Assembly (NCBI GenBank): GCA_050916045.1
Contig: CP051526.1
Location: 32,001 to 96,000 of the forward strand
DNA from: Tepidisphaera sp.
GTDB taxonomy: Bacteria; Planctomycetota; Phycisphaerae; Phycisphaerales; UBA1924
Reading direction: 5' to 3'
Length of the DNA stretch: 64,000 nt
Part shown: positions 49,310 to 58,970 of the stretch, piece by piece
How positions within the stretch are numbered: position 1 is the first letter of the stretch
Layout of the letters: the number at the start of each line of letters is the position of its first letter
Program-made: the position numbers and the translations under genes
Notes under the pieces: model-generated
What the model was told of the DNA's origin: nothing
What the model saw: only the letters and a program-made list of their open reading frames with translations
Databases searched by the model: none

Positions 49310-49900
49310 ATGGTCAAAGCCGAAGAACAACGGTTGATCAGGTTGGCGGCGGCGGGCGATCGGGACTCCGCGCAGGAGTTGATCAAAGCCCATCAGCGGT
49401 CGCTCTACGCCTACCTCTACCGGCTTTCGGGCCGCTCGGACGTGGCGGAGGACGTGGCGCAGGACGCGTTTGTGCGCGTGCTGACCAACCTTGACCGGTT
49501 CGATCCGCGGTTTCGTTTCTCGACCTGGCTTTTCACCATCGCTCGCCGGCTGTTCCTGAACTTCCGCGAGAAGCGCCGGCCGATGAACGGGTCGGAAGCG
49601 ATGGGTGCCTGGGGGAGCGAGTCCGGCCGTCCCGAGGGGGGCGTGGTCCGCGCGGAGAGCAACGTCGTCGCGAAGGATGCGCTTCAGCGGGCCCTGATGG
49701 GTCTTTCGCTGGACCAGCGAGAGGTGATGGTCCTGTTCCATCAGCTTGACTGGCCGATCTGGCTGATCGCCGAGCATCTGGGAATGCCCGAGGGCACGGT
49801 GAAGAGTCATCTGCACCGCGGCCGTCGCCGGCTTCGTGAGGTGTTGGCGGCCAAGACCGTGGTCACGACCGAGCAGACGCTTGAGGAGGCCTGGCTGTGA
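49310..49900 (+). CDS. ECF sigma-70 factor
   Basis: AEDVAQDAF, FRFSTWLFTIARR, IAEHLGMPEGTVKSHLHRGR. Confidence 0.93.
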   Translation: MVKAEEQRLIRLAAAGDRDSAQELIKAHQRSLYAYLYRLSGRSDVAEDVAQDAFVRVLTNLDRFDPRFRFSTWLFTIARRLFLNFREKRRPMNGSEAMGAWGSESGRPEGGVVRAESNVVAKDALQRALMGLSLDQREVMVLFHQLDWPIWLIAEHLGMPEGTVKSHLHRGRRRLREVLAAKTVVTTEQTLEEAWL

Positions 49901-50637
49901 GCGCCTCCTCCAACGATCGATCCAGGAAGGACCGCGCGGGCCGGGACTACACCGAGTTCGGGTTCCGCGAGCTCGGCGCTGACGATGCGCTCGACCGGTA
50001 CTTCGACAAGGAAATCACACGCGAGTCCGCGGTGTTCCGTGCGGCGTTCGTCAAGCGCGACTTCCGTACGCAGGTGGATGAGACCGAAGCGATGATCGGT
50101 GAGCTTCGCAAGCCGATGCGGACGTCGGACCTTTCGAGCGCGATTCTGGACGCGGTGGACGCTCGCAAAGCGTTTGTCGCGACGCGGACGCGGCGGGTGG
50201 TCACGCTCGGTCGCCTGGCCGTGGCGGCGAGCGTTCTGCTTGCGGTCGGAGGCGTCGTACTCGTTGAGCGTCTCCACCCCGGAATCACTTCGTTCCAAGC
50301 TGAGCCCGAGCCCATCGCGGGCATGGTCAGCGCGGCGAGCATGTCGACGCAGCGGCCGATCGCCCGCGAGGCGGGGTCTGCGCAGGGCGAGCCCAAGCAG
50401 AGCGACGCGGGCTCGGTGCTGATGAGCTGGACGATCGCCAAGCTTGGTGCGGTCGAAGCGATCGAAGTGCGTCAGTGCGCCGCGTCGACCGCTCAGAACG
50501 TGGCTTCCTCCTGGACCAACTCCGGTGTCCGGACGATGTCTCAGCAGACGGATCCTTCGATGGAATGGGCCGTCGGGTTCGCGACGTTCCCGACTCCGGA
50601 TCAGCAGGGCCGTTTGTGGACGGCTCGCGGCTGGTGA
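49897..50637 (+). CDS. Putative anti-sigma factor (single TM)
   Basis: GTG overlaps the sigma stop; cytoplasmic N-terminal domain, TM LAVAASVLLAVGGVVLV. Confidence 0.6.
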   Translation: MSASSNDRSRKDRAGRDYTEFGFRELGADDALDRYFDKEITRESAVFRAAFVKRDFRTQVDETEAMIGELRKPMRTSDLSSAILDAVDARKAFVATRTRRVVTLGRLAVAASVLLAVGGVVLVERLHPGITSFQAEPEPIAGMVSAASMSTQRPIAREAGSAQGEPKQSDAGSVLMSWTIAKLGAVEAIEVRQCAASTAQNVASSWTNSGVRTMSQQTDPSMEWAVGFATFPTPDQQGRLWTARGW

Positions 50638-50707
50638 TCGGATCCGTGTCGATTCAGGTCAGTGGGCAAGCGGTCGACGGTTCCGCTCGTAGGGATCAGG
50701 TTTTCAC

Positions 50708-52258
50708 ATGCGAAGGTTGACGGTTCGACAGTTCGGCGCACTGACGCTGGCGATGATGGCGGGTTCGGCCGCGGTCGCTCAGGAGAAGGATGCGCCGGCG
50801 GTCAAGCCGATGCCGGAGGAGGCGTGGGGATCGGTCATGATCGATCGTGGCGCCGACTGGGCGGCGCACGAGCCGACGCGGCGCATCGCCGAGCTCGTGC
50901 TGCGATCCGGAGCCCTCGGGACCGCCGAAGCCGCGTGGAAAGAACTCGCCGGCGTGATGGAGATGAAGAGCCCCGAAGCGTTCGGAGCGCTGCTCGGCGA
51001 TCGGGCTCTGCTGGTGTGGGGCCGCCGGGATGAGCTTGAGTTCACGCCGTGGGGCGTCGTGACGCGGGTTTCTGACGACCGGGCGACGCTTCTTGAGCGG
51101 AAGCTGGACGCGGCACCGCGCGGGTTTGACGATGGTCGGCCCGTCGTGCTTGTGGAGCGGGGTAGATTTAGGCTTTGCAAGCTGGACGGACGTGACGGGC
51201 TGGAAGAGCCGACGGGCCGGACGCGGCTTCTGCTGACACCGACGGCGGCGAGCGACAGTCGCGGCTGGATCTCTCGAACGGTTGGAGCGACGGAGGGCCT
51301 GTCGCGTGTGCCGGGGTCGATGGTGGGGTATGTGCGTTCGGACGCGGCGGGGGCGTACGCCGTGGCTTCAGTCACGAGGCAGGAACGCGGATGGGATGCG
51401 TCGGTTCGGTGCACTCCGGAAGTTCTTGGTTTGACGCGAGCTTCGTGCGAGCAATTGGCGAAGGAGGGGTCGGCCGCCGAAGGAGTGATCGGTCCTGATG
51501 TGTTGCTTGAGGTCTGGGGCAGGGTGCCGTCGCAGGTTCCGGGGCTCGTCCGGCCGCCGGCGGAGATCGCGACGCTGCTCACCGCGGCGCGGATCACGGC
51601 GCCGTCCTCGCAGTGGTCCGGGGAGCGTGTGGTGCTTCGCGTGCTCCGGGAGAAGGGGGACGGGTTCAGTGTGCTGATGGCGTGCGAGGTGAAGGATCGG
51701 CGGGCGGCGTCGGCGTGGTTCGACGGGCTGATCTCGGGCGTGCTTGATTTCGCGGGTCGTGTGCAGGGGACCGGCGGGCAGATCGCGGCGGAGTTGCGGC
51801 AGGATCTGGTGAAAGCGGGGAATGATCCGTCGGCGATGAGGCTTGTGGTGCTCGGCGGCAAGGCGCAGCGTGAGAAGGGCCTTGAGCAGCGGCCGGTGGT
51901 GGATCCGGGCACGCTGGCTTGGACGACGGTGGGCCAGGGGACGGGCGGCTGGTGGGTGATGCAGTACCGGTCGGGCGCGGCGGAGCGGGACGTCGCGGAG
52001 CGGTTCCTGCGGGATGCGGGCGCCGAGATGCTGACGGCGGTGTGGGGAAGCCGGGTGGTGACGCTGAACGCGCGGCCGGCGGCGATCTGGAAGGTGATGG
52101 GCGCGGAGGATCTGGGTGAGCAGGCCGGGTTGCTGGAGCTGGCTTCGGAGCTGGAATCGATCGAGGGAACGCTCTGGGCGACGCCGAGTGGGATCGAAGG
52201 CGCGGCGAAGGTGCGCGTGACCGAGCCAAAGCCGGCGGCCAAGCCTCAGCCCAAGTGA
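50708..52258 (+). CDS. Secreted hypothetical protein
   Basis: Signal peptide ...AAVAQE; 516-aa ORF; no recognised domain. Confidence 0.65.
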   Translation: MRRLTVRQFGALTLAMMAGSAAVAQEKDAPAVKPMPEEAWGSVMIDRGADWAAHEPTRRIAELVLRSGALGTAEAAWKELAGVMEMKSPEAFGALLGDRALLVWGRRDELEFTPWGVVTRVSDDRATLLERKLDAAPRGFDDGRPVVLVERGRFRLCKLDGRDGLEEPTGRTRLLLTPTAASDSRGWISRTVGATEGLSRVPGSMVGYVRSDAAGAYAVASVTRQERGWDASVRCTPEVLGLTRASCEQLAKEGSAAEGVIGPDVLLEVWGRVPSQVPGLVRPPAEIATLLTAARITAPSSQWSGERVVLRVLREKGDGFSVLMACEVKDRRAASAWFDGLISGVLDFAGRVQGTGGQIAAELRQDLVKAGNDPSAMRLVVLGGKAQREKGLEQRPVVDPGTLAWTTVGQGTGGWWVMQYRSGAAERDVAERFLRDAGAEMLTAVWGSRVVTLNARPAAIWKVMGAEDLGEQAGLLELASELESIEGTLWATPSGIEGAAKVRVTEPKPAAKPQPK

Positions 52259-52307
52259 TGAGTCTGATCCGGGCCGTGATGGTGCCGACGAGAGCTTGCG
52301 CCGCTCG

Positions 52308-52349
52308 AAAAGAGAAAGCGGCCGGCTCACCAGAGGCAAGCCGACCGCA
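52308..52349 (-). terminator. Intrinsic terminator for the - strand gene
   Basis: gcggccggct/agccgaccgc stem preceded on + by aaaagagaaa (U-rich tract on -). Confidence 0.55.
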
Positions 52350-52400
52350 GGAGGGAAACGGACTTTTCACGCCCACCGGGTGGCGAGCGAGGGGTGTTGC

Positions 52401-54974
52401 TCAGCAGCCCGACTCATAGGCTTCGACGAAGGCGTCGTAGTCGAAGAAGTCGGCGAAGCCGTCGCCGTTGAAGTCAGCCGAGCGGCCGGGCGGGCACGAG
52501 CCGGTCTCGTAGCAGTTGACGTAATCGTCGTAGTCAAAGAAGTCCAGGAAGCCGTCGCCGTTGAAGTCCGGGGCGCACGGGATGGTGCAGGTCAGGGTCA
52601 CCGAGCCGGCGCCGGCTGCGGCCGAAGCCGCGCCGCCGATACGGATGGTGTAGTTCTGGCCGGCGACGACCGGGATCGTCAGCCTGCTGCCCGTGCCGCA
52701 GGTGGCGTCATTGTCGTTGCAGGCCAGCAGGCGGGCCTGCTGGTTGGTGCAGCCGGCGCCGGAGAGGACCGCGATGCGGGTGTCGAACGAGGAGCCGCAG
52801 GTCGAGATCGTCAGGTTGCCCGTGCACTGCGACGGGTAGTTGAACCAGATGTCGTTGTGGATCTGGAACGTGCCGTTGCAGGTCAGGGAGACGCCGTCGG
52901 TCGTCGCGCCCGTGGTGTTGAAGCTGGATGTGCCCAGCGAGATGCCCGCGCGGTTGTTGCAGTCATCGTTCAGCGGCGGGATCACGCCGCCGCCGCCCGT
53001 GACGAGGACGCCGAAGTTGCCCGTGGCGCCCTGGTAGCCGGCGACGCGGATGTAGTACGTGGTGCCGGCGGTGGCGTTGAACTGCACGCTGGAGCTCAGG
53101 CCGCAGCTGTCGTCGTTGCAGACGACCTGCGTCAGAGCGCCGCAGGAGCCGCTATGCACCGAGAGAACCGAGTCATAGTTGGTGCCCGTGCAGAGGTCGA
53201 CGGTGACCTGGCCGCTGGTGCGGGCGCGGTACTTGTACCAGACGTCCGCCGAGTCGGCGGCGCTGCCGCAGGTCGCGGTGCCGTCGTCGGTGGCCAAGGT
53301 CGTCGTTCCGTTCACACGGGTGCCGGCGGCGAGCCACTGGGCGTTGGCGCAGGCGTCGTTGGCGGGCGGCTGAGGGCCGCAGTTGAGGCCCGAGAGGGTC
53401 AGCGTGCCGGCACCCTGGGCTGCGTTGAAGCCGCCGACGCGGATGAGGTAGGTGTTGCCGCCCACGACGGGCATCGTGAACTGAGATCCGAGGTTGCAGC
53501 CGCCGTCATCGTCCGAGCAAGCCAGAAGCTGGCCGGGGCCCGAGGGGCAGGCCGCGTACGCGCCGATCTTGGTGTCGAACGCGGTTCCGCAGGTCGAGAC
53601 CGTCAGGTTGCCCGAGCACTCGGCGGTGAAGCGGTACCAGAGGTCCGAGCCGATGTTGGTGTAGTTGCTCACCACACAGTTGTTGGGCTCGTTGGGGCCG
53701 TCGGTGTCGGCGTTGGTGTTGTCGAACGCGGTGGCACCCATACTGATCGCCGCGGCGTTGGCGCAGGAATCGTTGATGGGATGGAAGAGGCCGTCGGGGC
53801 TCGGCGCGACGACGGTCGTCGAGACGGCCGTCGGCGTGCCGGGCTTGAAGAGCGTGATCGTGCCCTGGCCGCCGGCGGGCGGGATGTTGGTGACAAAGCG
53901 GAAGTTGTAGATGGTGTCCCAGCGGAGCGCGTTGGCGTTGACGTTCTGGGAGTGCGTCTGGGTTGACCAGACGATCGCGGAACCTGTGTTGGTCGCGGTC
54001 CAGTCGGTGTTGGTGTAGGGCTCCCCGGAGTGGTAGTCGACGTCGGTGAACCCGATGTCGGTCACGACTGCGCCGGCCGGGATCGGGATCGAGAAGGACT
54101 GGCCCGACCGGTCGGAGTTGAGGTTCTGAACGGCGAACTCGTAGCTCCACTGGCCGTTGCCGAGGTTGGTGGCTTTGGAGCCGACCCAGAACCGGCCGTC
54201 GTTGGGGACGTCGACGGAGGTGAGCAGGACGTTGGGGTCAGGGATGCCGACGCCGCCACCGTGATCACGCCAGGCGAAGATGGCGGGGCTGGTGCGGACG
54301 GTGCTGCCCTGCAGGGTCATGTTCTTGTTGCCCGCATCGATGCCGATGCGGCGGTAGGACTGGTTGTTGTGCTTGTTGCCGCTCGCGGCGTCTTCGGGCT
54401 GGACGTACATGCTGGAGACGAAGTAGGTCGCTCCGGAATTGCCGAGCTTGGTGTCGGGGGCGATCAGTCGCTTGGCGAGCGTCGCTTGGCCGGAGCCTTG
54501 GTTGACCCACGGATAGGGGAAGTAGCCGTTGGCGGCGTTGACTTCAGACTTGGGGCCAAGGCCGCCCTGGCTGCCGTTGAGGCTTCCGCTGTAGGGGTCC
54601 GAGCAGCCGGGGTAGAGAGCCGGGCAGGAGCCGCCGGGCGTGCAGCTCGCGCAGAGGTTGCCCTGGAGGGCGCAGAACCCGTGCTTGAGCCAGGCTTGGC
54701 CGATCTGCTCGAAGCGGCCGTTGAGCAGGCGGTACATGTTCTGGGAGATGACCGGGTGCTGGTTGTTGCCGGAGATCCAGGTAAGCGGTTGGTCGCCCAG
54801 GTTGCAGGAGATGGTGCCGATGGCGTAGGCACGCATCCCGTTGACCGCGCCGCCCGACGTGTAGTTCTGCGGGTCGTACAGGTCGCCGACGATGACGTCG
54901 GGGCCGGGGTTTTGCGCGTGGGCCGCGCCAGCCAGCGCGGCAAGAGCGGCGAGTGAACAGAAGGTCTTCAGCAT
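52401..54974 (-). CDS. Large secreted Cys-rich protein with three NDxC (PPC-like) repeats and GC-type dockerin-like tag
   Basis: Signal peptide; NDSCANA/NDACANA/NDDCNN repeats, each with D(L/V/I)W(Y/F) and Y.IR(V/I).G; tail CAPDFNGD...ESGC. Confidence 0.85.
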   Translation of the reverse strand: MLKTFCSLAALAALAGAAHAQNPGPDVIVGDLYDPQNYTSGGAVNGMRAYAIGTISCNLGDQPLTWISGNNQHPVISQNMYRLLNGRFEQIGQAWLKHGFCALQGNLCASCTPGGSCPALYPGCSDPYSGSLNGSQGGLGPKSEVNAANGYFPYPWVNQGSGQATLAKRLIAPDTKLGNSGATYFVSSMYVQPEDAASGNKHNNQSYRRIGIDAGNKNMTLQGSTVRTSPAIFAWRDHGGGVGIPDPNVLLTSVDVPNDGRFWVGSKATNLGNGQWSYEFAVQNLNSDRSGQSFSIPIPAGAVVTDIGFTDVDYHSGEPYTNTDWTATNTGSAIVWSTQTHSQNVNANALRWDTIYNFRFVTNIPPAGGQGTITLFKPGTPTAVSTTVVAPSPDGLFHPINDSCANAAAISMGATAFDNTNADTDGPNEPNNCVVSNYTNIGSDLWYRFTAECSGNLTVSTCGTAFDTKIGAYAACPSGPGQLLACSDDDGGCNLGSQFTMPVVGGNTYLIRVGGFNAAQGAGTLTLSGLNCGPQPPANDACANAQWLAAGTRVNGTTTLATDDGTATCGSAADSADVWYKYRARTSGQVTVDLCTGTNYDSVLSVHSGSCGALTQVVCNDDSCGLSSSVQFNATAGTTYYIRVAGYQGATGNFGVLVTGGGGVIPPLNDDCNNRAGISLGTSSFNTTGATTDGVSLTCNGTFQIHNDIWFNYPSQCTGNLTISTCGSSFDTRIAVLSGAGCTNQQARLLACNDNDATCGTGSRLTIPVVAGQNYTIRIGGAASAAAGAGSVTLTCTIPCAPDFNGDGFLDFFDYDDYVNCYETGSCPPGRSADFNGDGFADFFDYDAFVEAYESGC

Positions 54975-55166
54975 GGTCGAAAGCTCCGTGGCCGCCGACT
55001 GACGGCCGTTACACAACGAGTTGGCGCAGGACCGTTTCCCTCCGCGGAAACGACTCGCCAGTCGCAGTCTAACTCATCGGCGGGTTGCCCGATAGTGCAA
55101 ATGCCCGATTTCGTGTTTTTCTGCCCGATGAAACGGCTGGGGGGCTTCGATCGGTTGGGCCGGCGG

Positions 55167-56972
55167 CTACCGCCGGTTTCGGTGGCACCAGGTCCGAATA
55201 TCCACGGCGGACCAGGCGTTCACGCAGCCCGCGGGGTGGACCCACCCGCGACGTGCGGTGGCGATCCCGTAGCGCAGGTTGTCGAAATCCTCCCGCTCGT
55301 GCACATCGCAGTCGATGGCGATGAGGCAGCCGAGCCGGACGGCTTCGCGGACATGGGTGTCGCGGAGGTCAAGCCGCATCCAGTGGCTGTTGATCTCAAG
55401 GGCGACACGGTTTTCCTTCGCGGCGGCGAAGATCTCGCCCATGCGGGGGGAGAGGCCGGGTCGGCGGTTGATGAGGCGTCCGGTGGGGTGGCCGAGGATG
55501 CTGACCAGCGGATGACGGACGGCGGCGAGGAGGCGGTGGGTGGCTGTTTCCTCGTCCTGGGAGAGCGCGGTGTGGGGTGAGGCGACCACGATGTCGAGTT
55601 GCTTGAGCACCTCATCGGGGTAGTCGAGGGTGCCGTCGGCGAGGATGTCGACCTCGCTGCCGGCGAGGATCTGGATGTGCTTGAGTTTCTCCTGGGCTCG
55701 GCGCACATCCTCGATGTGCTGGAGAAGGCGCTCGACGGACAGACCGCCGGCTTGGGCGCTCGAGCGGGAGTGATCGGTGACGGCGATGGTGTGGAATCCG
55801 CGTTCGGACGCGGCGGATGCGAGTTCTTCGATGGAAAGGCGGCCGTCGGACGCGGTGGTGTGCGCGTGGAGCTCGGCTTTGATGTCCGAAAGGTGGATCG
55901 CGGCCGCCGGGGCGGTTGCCGCGGTTGCGAAGAGGTCAAACTCAGCCGAAGCTTCGCGGAGTTCGGGGGGGATCCAGCGGAAGCCCAAAGCGGCGAAGAC
56001 GTCTTCTTCGGTCGCGGCCGCGATCGGATGGATGTCGGCCCATGAGGGCGGCTCGGACCCCGGCGCCGGCGCGGGGAAGAGGCCGTACTCGTTGAGCGTC
56101 AGGCCCTTTTTCTGGGCGATTTCGCGGAGGTGGACGTTGTGGTCCTTGGAGCCGGTGAAGTACATCAGGGCCGCTCCGAACCGGCCCGGCGGGACGACCT
56201 TGAGGTCGGCTTGGATCTGGGCGACCTGACCCGAGCCCCATCGGGCGGCGCCGCCGGCGGCCGCGACCATGACGGAGCTCTTGCGGTCGCCGGCGGAGAG
56301 GATGGCGGTCACTTCGGGAAAGGAGCGGAACGCAGCGGAAATCGACGCGGCATCGTCGGCTTCGACCAGAAGGTCCAGATCGCCGACGGTTTCGCGTCCG
56401 CGACGGAGCGAGCCGGCGTATTCGCAGCGACGAACGCCGGGGAGGGCGCGGACTCGCGCGGCGAGGCGTTCGGCGAGGGGTGTGATGACGCCGGTGTTCT
56501 GGCGCTGACCGACGGTGTCGGAGAACGTCATGGACTGCTTGAGTTTCTCGACGGACTTGGCTCCCATGCGCGGCAGGGTCAGGATGGAGCCGTCGTCGAT
56601 GATCCGCTTGAGGCCGGCGAGGTCCGTGACTCCGCCCTGGTTCCAGAGCACGGCCACGGTTTTGGGCCCAAGACCCGGCAGTTGCAGGAGATCGAGCAGC
56701 CCTGCGGGGACGCGGGCGATGATCTCGTCGAATTCGGCGATGGTTCCGGACTTGCGGAACTCAATCACCTTGTCGGCGATCTTGGCGCCGACCCCGGGCA
56801 CGGCGAGCAGGGCGGCGCGGTTTTCGGCGAGGGGTCCGAGGTCGCCGGGATAGTCCTCGAACGTGCGGCTTGCCCGAGCGAGGGCGTTGATGCGGAAGGA
56901 GTCTTCGCCGAGGATCTCAAGGACCTTGGCGGCGCGGGAGAAAGCCTCGGCGAGGTTGGCGTTAAAGGACAT
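55167..56972 (-). CDS. polX: DNA polymerase X with PHP exonuclease domain
   Basis: GSLRRGRETVGDLD, QADL, YFTGSKDHN, LNEYG; PHP ELHAHT..SDG, TDHS, GHPTGR, DCDVH. Confidence 0.95.
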   Translation of the reverse strand: MSFNANLAEAFSRAAKVLEILGEDSFRINALARASRTFEDYPGDLGPLAENRAALLAVPGVGAKIADKVIEFRKSGTIAEFDEIIARVPAGLLDLLQLPGLGPKTVAVLWNQGGVTDLAGLKRIIDDGSILTLPRMGAKSVEKLKQSMTFSDTVGQRQNTGVITPLAERLAARVRALPGVRRCEYAGSLRRGRETVGDLDLLVEADDAASISAAFRSFPEVTAILSAGDRKSSVMVAAAGGAARWGSGQVAQIQADLKVVPPGRFGAALMYFTGSKDHNVHLREIAQKKGLTLNEYGLFPAPAPGSEPPSWADIHPIAAATEEDVFAALGFRWIPPELREASAEFDLFATAATAPAAAIHLSDIKAELHAHTTASDGRLSIEELASAASERGFHTIAVTDHSRSSAQAGGLSVERLLQHIEDVRRAQEKLKHIQILAGSEVDILADGTLDYPDEVLKQLDIVVASPHTALSQDEETATHRLLAAVRHPLVSILGHPTGRLINRRPGLSPRMGEIFAAAKENRVALEINSHWMRLDLRDTHVREAVRLGCLIAIDCDVHEREDFDNLRYGIATARRGWVHPAGCVNAWSAVDIRTWCHRNRR

Positions 56973-57008
56973 GCTTGGAGGGTACGAAGGCCGCTGTGCC
57001 GCGCGGGG

Positions 57009-57344
57009 CTAGAGGGGCGGGGGCGGGTAGTGTTCGGCGACGTAGCGTTCGACCATGTCGACCATGGCTTCGCGCTCGTCGCGGTCGACGGTGAGGAGGC
57101 TGGCGACCCATCGGCGGACGAGTTCGGGTCCGAGCTGTTGGAGGAGCTCAATGAGCATCTTCGTGTGGTCGTTTGGGGAAAGCGTTCCGGAGCTTGAGAA
57201 CCCGCTGGGGGATTGCCACAGCGGCTGTTTGCGGCTCTGGGGAAGCGGGGGTGGGGGCGGGGGGCTGTGGGGCTGTGCGGGCGCCGGCGGGACCTTCGGC
57301 TTGCCCGACGGTCGCGTGCGACGCGCGGAGGCCGGCTTGGCCAT
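57009..57344 (-). CDS. Hypothetical protein overlapping the 3' end of the HTH gene
   Basis: AGGAG RBS before ATG 57344; globular C-half LSPNDHTKMLIELL...LVRRWVASLL; alternative start 57158. Confidence 0.5.
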   Translation of the reverse strand: MAKPASARRTRPSGKPKVPPAPAQPHSPPPPPPLPQSRKQPLWQSPSGFSSSGTLSPNDHTKMLIELLQQLGPELVRRWVASLLTVDRDEREAMVDMVERYVAEHYPPPPL

Positions 57345-57762
57345 CGTGCGACTCCTGGGAAGAGGGCGGGAAAATCGGGCTTGTCGCTGCAGGGGCGCTC
57401 GCGGGGCCGATGGCGCGGAGGCGGGTTTCCATCGACTGGAGGAACAGTTCAAGGCGGTCGACGCGCGAGATGAGCGTTTCGACGGAGGAAGCCAGAGCGG
57501 AGAGAAGCTCGCCCGCGTCGGCTTCGCGGAGGGCGCTTCCCTTGATGTCGGCGGCTTTCATCGGTCCTTTGCCGGTGAGGAGCCATTCGCCCGAAACGCC
57601 GAACGCTTTGCACAGCGACTGGAGGAACTCGACGCTGGGCGCGTACCCGGAGATGTAGCGTCTGACAGTCTCGTGGTTGGTGCCGGTGAGTTCGCCGATA
57701 TAGCGGCTTGACCTTTGGCCGACAACCGCCGCGAGACGCTCGTGAAGTGGGGTGGGATACAC
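57148..57762 (-). CDS. XRE/Cro-like helix-turn-helix regulator with coiled coil
   Basis: IGELTGTNHETVRRY...PSVEFL...GVSGEWLLTGKGPM; coiled coil LISRVDRLELFLQSME; GTG start inferred. Confidence 0.78.
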   Translation of the reverse strand: MYPTPLHERLAAVVGQRSSRYIGELTGTNHETVRRYISGYAPSVEFLQSLCKAFGVSGEWLLTGKGPMKAADIKGSALREADAGELLSALASSVETLISRVDRLELFLQSMETRLRAIGPASAPAATSPIFPPSSQESHDGQAGLRASHATVGQAEGPAGARTAPQPPAPTPASPEPQTAAVAIPQRVLKLRNAFPKRPHEDAH

Positions 57763-57838
57763 GGTAACGCGAGTATACAACAAAGCAGATTCTGGTTCTC
57801 GCGCGGTCGAGTCGGTCCTTGTGCACGCGGCAAGCCGG

Positions 57839-57866
57839 TTGACAGAATCGCTCACCGATATATGAT
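57839..57866 (+). promoter_or_regulatory. Near-consensus sigma70 promoter
   Basis: TTGACA-N16-TATGAT. Confidence 0.55.
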
Positions 57867-58255
57867 TGCACGATGACGCAAATAAACAAAGGTCTGCCGG
57901 GGTCCCCGCCTCGCCATGCTGGCGGCTTCGGATGGCCATTCTGTGGTTCCGTCGTGGCGATTTTGGGGCTGTTTTCCTGCGACAGAACCGCGTTTCCGGC
58001 TGTTGTGGATAGGGTGGTCCTTTCTCGCTATGCGAGCGGTACCGGGAGCGGGGGTCAGGGCGCAATCAAACGTGATGCGGGTGCAAAGACCCGCGTTGTT
58101 GCGGGTGTGGAAAGGGATTCGTGCGCGCGAATGTTGCACAAATATGTGTCACCATCGGATCGAGCGCGATCCGATGATCAAGGTCGTTGGTCGTCGATGG
58201 TGGAGGGTGTCGATCGGTCGCGTGCCGATTCGTGTCTGGTCCGGGCGGTGCCCGC

Positions 58256-58927
58256 GTGAACAAGCTCATCGCCGAGTGGCTAGGGACGTTTTGTCTCGTG
58301 TTCGCGGGCACGGGCGCGATCATTGTCAACGAGGTGACGGGCGGCTCGGTCACGCACGTGGGCGTCGCGCTGACGTTTGGGCTGGTCGTCATGGTCATGA
58401 TCCATGCGTTGGGGGCGGTCTCGGGCGCGCACCTGAACCCGGCGGTTTCCGTGGGGTTGGCGATGGCGGGGCGGTTCCGGTGGCGGAGCATCCCGGGGTA
58501 CGTCCTGGCTCAGGTGGCTGGCGCGCTCGCCGCTTCGTGGCTTCTGAGCGTGCTCTTCCCGGCGAGCGTCACGTTGGGCGCGACGCTTCCGGCCGGGAGC
58601 GATTGGCAGGCGTTCGTGCTTGAGGTCGTGCTGGCGTTCATGCTGATGCTTGTGATTCTGTCGGTCACGTCGATCGGCTCTCGGGTTCGCGCGGATATGG
58701 CGGCCATCGCGGTGGGAGGGGTGGTGGGTCTTGAAGCGATGTTCGCGGGCCCGATCAGCGGGGCTTCGATGAATCCGGCCCGTTCGCTTGGACCAGCGGT
58801 GGTTTCGGGCCATTTCGAGTCGCTTTGGGTTTACATGGCCGCTCCGCTGGTCGGCGTCGGTCTGGCGGTTCTGGCGTGGGCGTTGCTGCGTGGGGGCGAG
58901 GGCCCGAAGGACGGAGCGGCTTTGTGA
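58256..58927 (+). CDS. MIP-family aquaporin/aquaglyceroporin
   Basis: AEWLGTF, SGAHLNPAVS, GASMNPARSLGPA. Confidence 0.94.
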   Translation: MNKLIAEWLGTFCLVFAGTGAIIVNEVTGGSVTHVGVALTFGLVVMVMIHALGAVSGAHLNPAVSVGLAMAGRFRWRSIPGYVLAQVAGALAASWLLSVLFPASVTLGATLPAGSDWQAFVLEVVLAFMLMLVILSVTSIGSRVRADMAAIAVGGVVGLEAMFAGPISGASMNPARSLGPAVVSGHFESLWVYMAAPLVGVGLAVLAWALLRGGEGPKDGAAL

Positions 58928-58970
58928 TCGCCGGGCCGGTGGGGCTTGCCGCGTCGTAGAATGCCCCCCT

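Noticed and set aside
54975..55166. c-di-GMP riboswitch in the leader of the large secreted gene
   Set aside because: Has stems but lacks the GGCAAAC...GAAA...GCAAAGC consensus
57873..58259. ORFs 57873-58259 and 57916-58623 in the polX/aquaporin gap
   Set aside because: Atypical composition, no motifs; one overlaps the aquaporin gene. Treated as non-coding, although a leaderless short ORF at 57873 cannot be excluded
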